Shown here one piece after another: positions 59,892 to 64,000 of a stretch of 64,000 nucleotides of DNA. The stretch is from a virus. Where the stretch lies: IMG/VR virus record IMGVR_UViG_3300023184_000094, positions 8,637-72,636 of that record; one strand, given 5' to 3'. Both the position numbers and the translations under genes were made by a program. Within the stretch, counting starts at the first letter, position 1. Each line of letters opens with the position of its first letter. The notes beneath the pieces are model-generated. The model did not search any database and was not told the origin of the DNA. It worked only from the letters and a program-made list of their open reading frames with translations.

Positions 59892-60981
59892 TAGCATCAA
59901 CGATATATTCAACTTCGTAATCTTCTAATTCTGGATAGATAGGTAAACTTAAACAAGTGCGACTAAACTGTTCAGCCCCTTCTAGTATTCCAACATCATT
60001 ATTGACATACGATACAGGATTTAAATGTAAAGGTATGGGATAATGTATTTTGGTTTCAACACCCTTATCGGCCAGATCAATATTTAATATATTGCGACTA
60101 TGATGATGAACAACAAACTTACTCCAAGCATGTTCTACGTTTGGGTCTATGGGAATTAATTCAACGTAGCCGTCTAATTCAGTGGTGTAGTATTCTGCTA
60201 TTTCAGTACGGCGTGCTTGCCAACTATCAAAGTATTTTAATTTAACCAACATCTGAGCACAATCTGCTTCTGACATTTTACTGTTAGTGCCTGTGATATT
60301 ATGAGCGTAGGCTTTACCATTATCGCGTAGACCGCGACACATCTCAGCATGGTCTGCGTTGTCAGTAAGTATCATACCTCCCGATCCGTAGTTGTTTAGA
60401 TTCTTAGTAGGATCAAAACTTAAAATACTGATGTCACCTAGTTTACCACTAGGCACCCCTCGATAGTAACCGCCAAAACTTTGTGCAGCATCTTCAATCA
60501 CAGGGATCTTGCCACGAGCAAATATTTCCTGATAGGTGATTAACCGTTCTTGATCAAGTATGTTACCAAACAGATTAACATACATCATAGCACTGATGTT
60601 AGACGAATGTAAAGGGATAGTATTAAGATCCATGATTCCACTGATAGGATCCACATCGCAGAACACTGGATCATATCCAGCTTCTAATACTGAGTTGACT
60701 GTAGCGACGTAACTCTGACTAGGAATTAATACATTGTCTAGTTTGATATTATCATCTAAAGCACGTAGAGCAAATATAAGAGCCTGTGTTCCACTGTTGA
60801 CTGCTACCGCATACTTGCGTTCAGTCATCTTGGCGATAGTCTGTTCAAAGAGTTTAGTCCTAGGACCGTCGAGCACCTGGCCAGAGGCATAGACTAGATC
60901 TGTCGCGTCTAAGATCTCTTCTCTGAGATTAGCGTATTGTCTATCTACGCCAAAGAATGGGATTTTGGGAGTACCACTCAT
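59872..60981 (-). CDS. DegT/DnrJ/EryC1/StrS PLP-dependent sugar aminotransferase
   Basis: NSGTQAL, IEDAAQSFG, SFDPTKNL (PLP lysine), GSGGMILT, LSLPIYP. Confidence 0.92.
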   Translation of the reverse strand: MSGTPKIPFFGVDRQYANLREEILDATDLVYASGQVLDGPRTKLFEQTIAKMTERKYAVAVNSGTQALIFALRALDDNIKLDNVLIPSQSYVATVNSVLEAGYDPVFCDVDPISGIMDLNTIPLHSSNISAMMYVNLFGNILDQERLITYQEIFARGKIPVIEDAAQSFGGYYRGVPSGKLGDISILSFDPTKNLNNYGSGGMILTDNADHAEMCRGLRDNGKAYAHNITGTNSKMSEADCAQMLVKLKYFDSWQARRTEIAEYYTTELDGYVELIPIDPNVEHAWSKFVVHHHSRNILNIDLADKGVETKIHYPIPLHLNPVSYVNNDVGILEGAEQFSRTCLSLPIYPELEDYEVEYIVDAIKQSIY

Positions 60982-61906
60982 AATACCTTTGGAAACCTTG
61001 TTCTACATCAACTTGGGGAGCATAGCCTAGATCACGCTGTGCCTTCATAATACTAAGTCTACCACGTTTAGGAAAACTTAAATCACGATCTGCTAACTCC
61101 AAACTACCTTTGCCCGCAATCTTGATAGCAAGTTCTGCAGCATCTTTAAGAGTGTATTGCTTTTCGTCACTGCGTGTGATATTATAAACGTTACTATTGG
61201 CACGATCATTGGTTGCGGCAAGCACGATACCTTGAGCAGTGTCTTCTACATAGGTAAAGTCAAGCACTTCATCTGCACCTTTGACTTTGAGTGTTTCACC
61301 ACGCATGGCCATGGTCATGAACTTGCTGACTACACGATCCTCTACGTCCCACTCACCATATACAGCACTTGGGCGGATGATAGTATAGTCAAACGCACCT
61401 AGGCGATGATAGTCTTCTACTAGTTTTTCACCCATGAGTTTCATGATACCGTATTGGCCTTGTGGCCGACATGGATGCGCTTCTAATACATCTGTGTTAA
61501 AGTCTCCGTAGACCATACTGCTGGAAATATATACAAACTTCTTAATGTTATACTTCTTACTTTTTTCTAATAGATTGACTAGACCATTGGACATGACATC
61601 ACTAGCCAATACAGGATTCTGTTCAACTACTTTTTGTCTAGGAAAGCTGGCCATGTGTATGACCATATCCGGCTCATAGGTTTTAAATATAGTATCTACA
61701 AACGTACCTTCACGGATATCAATCTTTCTTATCCTAGCTTCGATACGTTTAAGACGATTGTCTATTAGATATGTTAATTCTTCTTTAGGAATGAATCCGT
61801 AGTCAGTGCAGGTATCAATGACTATACACTCATGACCTTGTTGTTCAAGGAGGCGAACAACATTGTGCCCAATAAATCCAGCACCACCTGTGACTAAAAA
61901 TTTCAC
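60941..61906 (-). CDS. NAD-dependent NDP-sugar epimerase/dehydratase (extended SDR)
   Basis: TGGAGFIG, SSSMVYG, YGIMK (YxxxK), DFTYVED. Confidence 0.92.
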   Translation of the reverse strand: MKFLVTGGAGFIGHNVVRLLEQQGHECIVIDTCTDYGFIPKEELTYLIDNRLKRIEARIRKIDIREGTFVDTIFKTYEPDMVIHMASFPRQKVVEQNPVLASDVMSNGLVNLLEKSKKYNIKKFVYISSSMVYGDFNTDVLEAHPCRPQGQYGIMKLMGEKLVEDYHRLGAFDYTIIRPSAVYGEWDVEDRVVSKFMTMAMRGETLKVKGADEVLDFTYVEDTAQGIVLAATNDRANSNVYNITRSDEKQYTLKDAAELAIKIAGKGSLELADRDLSFPKRGRLSIMKAQRDLGYAPQVDVEQGFQRYYEWYSQNPILWRR

Positions 61907-62061
61907 TACCTTCCCCTTCCAGCTGATTTCTTAGCAGGCTTGTTTGAATTGACCTGTGAATGTACACCCGGACCTTTAGTATCTACTTTACTACCTTTCT
62001 TAACTGGCGCATTAGCTTGTTTCTTTTTTTCTAATGCGGCTTTTAGTATATCATAACTCAT
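61906..62061 (-). CDS. 51-aa Lys-rich micro-protein (absent from the ORF track)
   Basis: Hand translation MSYDILKAALEKKKQANAPVKKGSKVDTKGPGVHSQVNSNKPAKKSAGRGR*; TAG overlaps the GTG start of the epimerase. Confidence 0.65.
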   Translation of the reverse strand: MSYDILKAALEKKKQANAPVKKGSKVDTKGPGVHSQVNSNKPAKKSAGRGR

Positions 62062-62305
62062 CTTCTGCTTCTCCCCATTTTAAACTATAGTAAGTTAAAT
62101 CTTGCTCGTTTAAATAACTCCAAATTAATATCTTCCAACCATAGGTACGTTCATTTGGACGTATAGTAAACTCTAATTGTTTGTAGCTATTAGCCATTAA
62201 CCAACGACCTTTTTCACTCTCTTCAAAATTAATAATAGGACCTGCGGCATAGATCTCAGGATCTTCTACATCACCCATTTCAATAGTATGGACGATATAT
62301 TTCAT
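62051..62305 (-). CDS. Hypothetical phage protein
   Basis: MGDVEDPEIYAAGPI; ATGA-coupled to the upstream gene. Confidence 0.65.
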   Translation of the reverse strand: MKYIVHTIEMGDVEDPEIYAAGPIINFEESEKGRWLMANSYKQLEFTIRPNERTYGWKILIWSYLNEQDLTYYSLKWGEAEDEL

Positions 62306-62484
62306 TCTTCAAATATCTTTTTCATCGCGATAAAATGCTTGCGTTGTGCCTTTATGTTCTTTTTAACAAGATCAAATTTAGCATTGCCTTTCATACCAGA
62401 CATGATACCTAGTAGCTCGTCATGCGCGGCAATATGATAATCACATGATTCGACTATTAAGCGTTCAGCTTCTGCGACTTCCAT
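62302..62484 (-). CDS. Hypothetical protein
   Basis: Likely start MEVAEAER at 62484, just after the upstream stop at 62486. Confidence 0.55.
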   Translation of the reverse strand: MEVAEAERLIVESCDYHIAAHDELLGIMSGMKGNAKFDLVKKNIKAQRKHFIAMKKIFEE

Positions 62485-62485
62485 G

Positions 62486-63145
62486 CTAGTCCCACAACGC
62501 TCTGAAGTATTTGCCAAACAAGCGTGTACCGTTGTCAATACGAGCACTGTATTTCATGTAACCTTTCTTATCCCACTTGCGTGTGTCTTTAGGACCACTT
62601 TTCATTTCATAGGTTAGGGGTTTACCTTTAGCATCGAGTTCTTTGCTAGGCACCCATACGATATCACTAGTACCTGTATGGAACTGTGCCTCCCACTCAT
62701 CATTAGCCAGCTGTTCAAACGCCCAGATCATTTCGTCTAAGATCCAATCCCAACGACGGAAGTGATTACCATCAGTGTCCCATGATTCTTTTTTAGCCCG
62801 TTGTGCGGCAGGAGTGGTGCTACGTAAGCGTTCTGGTACATCTTCATCTTCTGTGAATGGTGCACCGTGTTTGGTTTCTTTAAGTTGCTTCAACATTGGT
62901 AAGATGATAGGAGTAAGGGTTGAGTCCATGCTCCATGTGTCGTAATTGTCAATCTTAACATAGTTGATGGGTGGATGGATGAAATTTAAAAAACTTTGCC
63001 AGATTTCACAGAAAGGAGCAAGAATCTTAACGCTGAATTTGACCCAGGGTTCATCATAGTCAATCTCACGCCACCAACAGATCCGTTCGCAGATCGTATA
63101 TGGACTTAGCCAATGATCTCTATATTTGCTTATATAAACTTTCAT
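62486..63145 (-). CDS. Hypothetical phage protein (Trp-rich)
   Basis: Start at 63145 (ATGA overlap); DTWSMDSTL...RWDWILDEMIWAFE...LFGKYFRALWD. Confidence 0.7.
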   Translation of the reverse strand: MKVYISKYRDHWLSPYTICERICWWREIDYDEPWVKFSVKILAPFCEIWQSFLNFIHPPINYVKIDNYDTWSMDSTLTPIILPMLKQLKETKHGAPFTEDEDVPERLRSTTPAAQRAKKESWDTDGNHFRRWDWILDEMIWAFEQLANDEWEAQFHTGTSDIVWVPSKELDAKGKPLTYEMKSGPKDTRKWDKKGYMKYSARIDNGTRLFGKYFRALWD

Positions 63146-63405
63146 ACCATGGTCCTCGTTTTGCATTCATAATAAAGGTGTTGCGATTTAATCACCATAT
63201 CAAATGTTCTTTTTAATAGGGAGAAACTCTCTTTCATTTGTGCTACTGATAATTTCTTTTGTTCAAATAATCTTTTACTAGCTTCATGTAGTTCTTTTGT
63301 TTTAACATGTAAGCTAACACTATTAGCATATAGGGTTTCTTCACGCTCACAGAGTGCTATAGCCGTTAAAGGGAATACTAGTAATGCTATTAGAAGTAAT
63401 CTCAT
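63142..63405 (-). CDS. Hypothetical protein with signal-peptide-like N-terminus
   Basis: [17 protein letters not shown]; ATGA overlap with the upstream stop. Confidence 0.55.
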   Translation of the reverse strand: MRLLLIALLVFPLTAIALCEREETLYANSVSLHVKTKELHEASKRLFEQKKLSVAQMKESFSLLKRTFDMVIKSQHLYYECKTRTMV

Positions 63406-63722
63406 TTCCATTCCTCCCCGTGCTTGAAAAATCTAAGTGCGTAATCTACATATTCCGATTCACTTAGATCTGCGTAGAACAACACTGTTTTATGCCAGCT
63501 GGTAATTTGATCGTCGAAGAAGTAATCTATCTCGATAGCATTTTCTTCAACCCAACGATACTCGTCAGTGGCGCTAAAGTGTCCTGCACACTGTAAATAG
63601 ATCTGCCTGGTAGTCAACTCGCTGGCATTCTTAAAATGTATAGCGTGACTGAATAACCTCACACGATGAGGACGTTCATACCGCCATTGGCGCTTTGATG
63701 CTGTCATGACTTGTGTATCCAT
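63402..63722 (-). CDS. Hypothetical protein
   Basis: ORF fills the gap between thyA and the next gene; start uncertain. Confidence 0.55.
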   Translation of the reverse strand: MDTQVMTASKRQWRYERPHRVRLFSHAIHFKNASELTTRQIYLQCAGHFSATDEYRWVEENAIEIDYFFDDQITSWHKTVLFYADLSESEYVDYALRFFKHGEEWK

Positions 63723-64000
63723 CTAGTCTAAAGTCCTCCATGGTAAAGGTTAAGATGTCTTTGACATCAGGATTAATCCACAATGTGGGGAGCGGTAGGG
63801 GTTCACGTACCAATTGTTCTTTTACCTGCTCCACGTGGTTCAGATATATGTGTGCGTCGCCGAGCACGTGAACAAACTCACCTGCCTCAAGCCCACATAC
63901 CTGCGCGATCATATGTGTGAGCAAGGAATAGGATGCTATGTTAAAGGGCACGCCCAAGAACATATCGCAGGAACGCTGGTACATCTGACAACTTAGTTTC
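63676..64000 (-). CDS. thyA: Thymidylate synthase ThyA, C-terminal part (runs off the window)
   Basis: [29 protein letters not shown]-terminal IKAPMAV. Confidence 0.95.
   Translation of the reverse strand, partial: KLSCQMYQRSCDMFLGVPFNIASYSLLTHMIAQVCGLEAGEFVHVLGDAHIYLNHVEQVKEQLVREPLPLPTLWINPDVKDILTFTMEDFRLDGYTSHDSIKAPMAV

Noticed and set aside
1-64000. Alternative genetic code (stop-codon reassignment)
   Set aside because: Genes are full length and tightly packed in the standard code, including a 4501-aa ORF; TAA, TAG and TGA all serve as stops.
1-64000. CRISPR array, integrase, IS element or tRNA genes
   Set aside because: No regularly spaced repeats, recombinase or transposase motifs, or cloverleaf sequences were seen; intergenic space outside 283-798 is minimal.

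Overview
This is a 64-kb segment of a large T4-like myovirus genome (AT-rich, standard genetic code, very gene-dense). The order gp55/gp47/gp46 divergent from gp53-hub-gp5-gp25-gp6 plus a giant wedge protein recalls the Rak2-like jumbo-phage layout, which is an inference. Five blocks are visible. (1) 1-798: a small membrane-protein gene, a terminator and a ~430-nt ORF-free, strongly base-paired element directly downstream of a GIY-YIG nuclease gene. (2) 799-6382 (minus): GIY-YIG nuclease, Hc1-like basic protein, a radical SAM enzyme, gp46/gp47 recombination nuclease and gp55 late sigma factor. (3) 6454-39025 (plus): baseplate and tail module with two muralytic domains, a 4501-aa protein and several fibre-like proteins, punctuated by [G/T]ATAAATA late promoters. 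(4) 39106-59891 (plus): a ~21-kb tightly coupled operon starting at a late promoter. It encodes six radical SAM enzymes with N-terminal twitch/SPASM-like domains, about six glycosyltransferase-like proteins, five SGNH-like proteins, an O-carbamoyltransferase and an APS-kinase-like protein. (5) 59872-64000 (minus): DegT aminotransferase, NDP-sugar epimerase/dehydratase, small ORFs and the 3' end of thyA. The two best candidates for undescribed biology are the late glycan-tailoring cluster (probably virion or surface glycan chemistry) and the structured non-coding element next to the GIY-YIG nuclease. All calls come from motif recognition by eye; no searches or folding programs were run.
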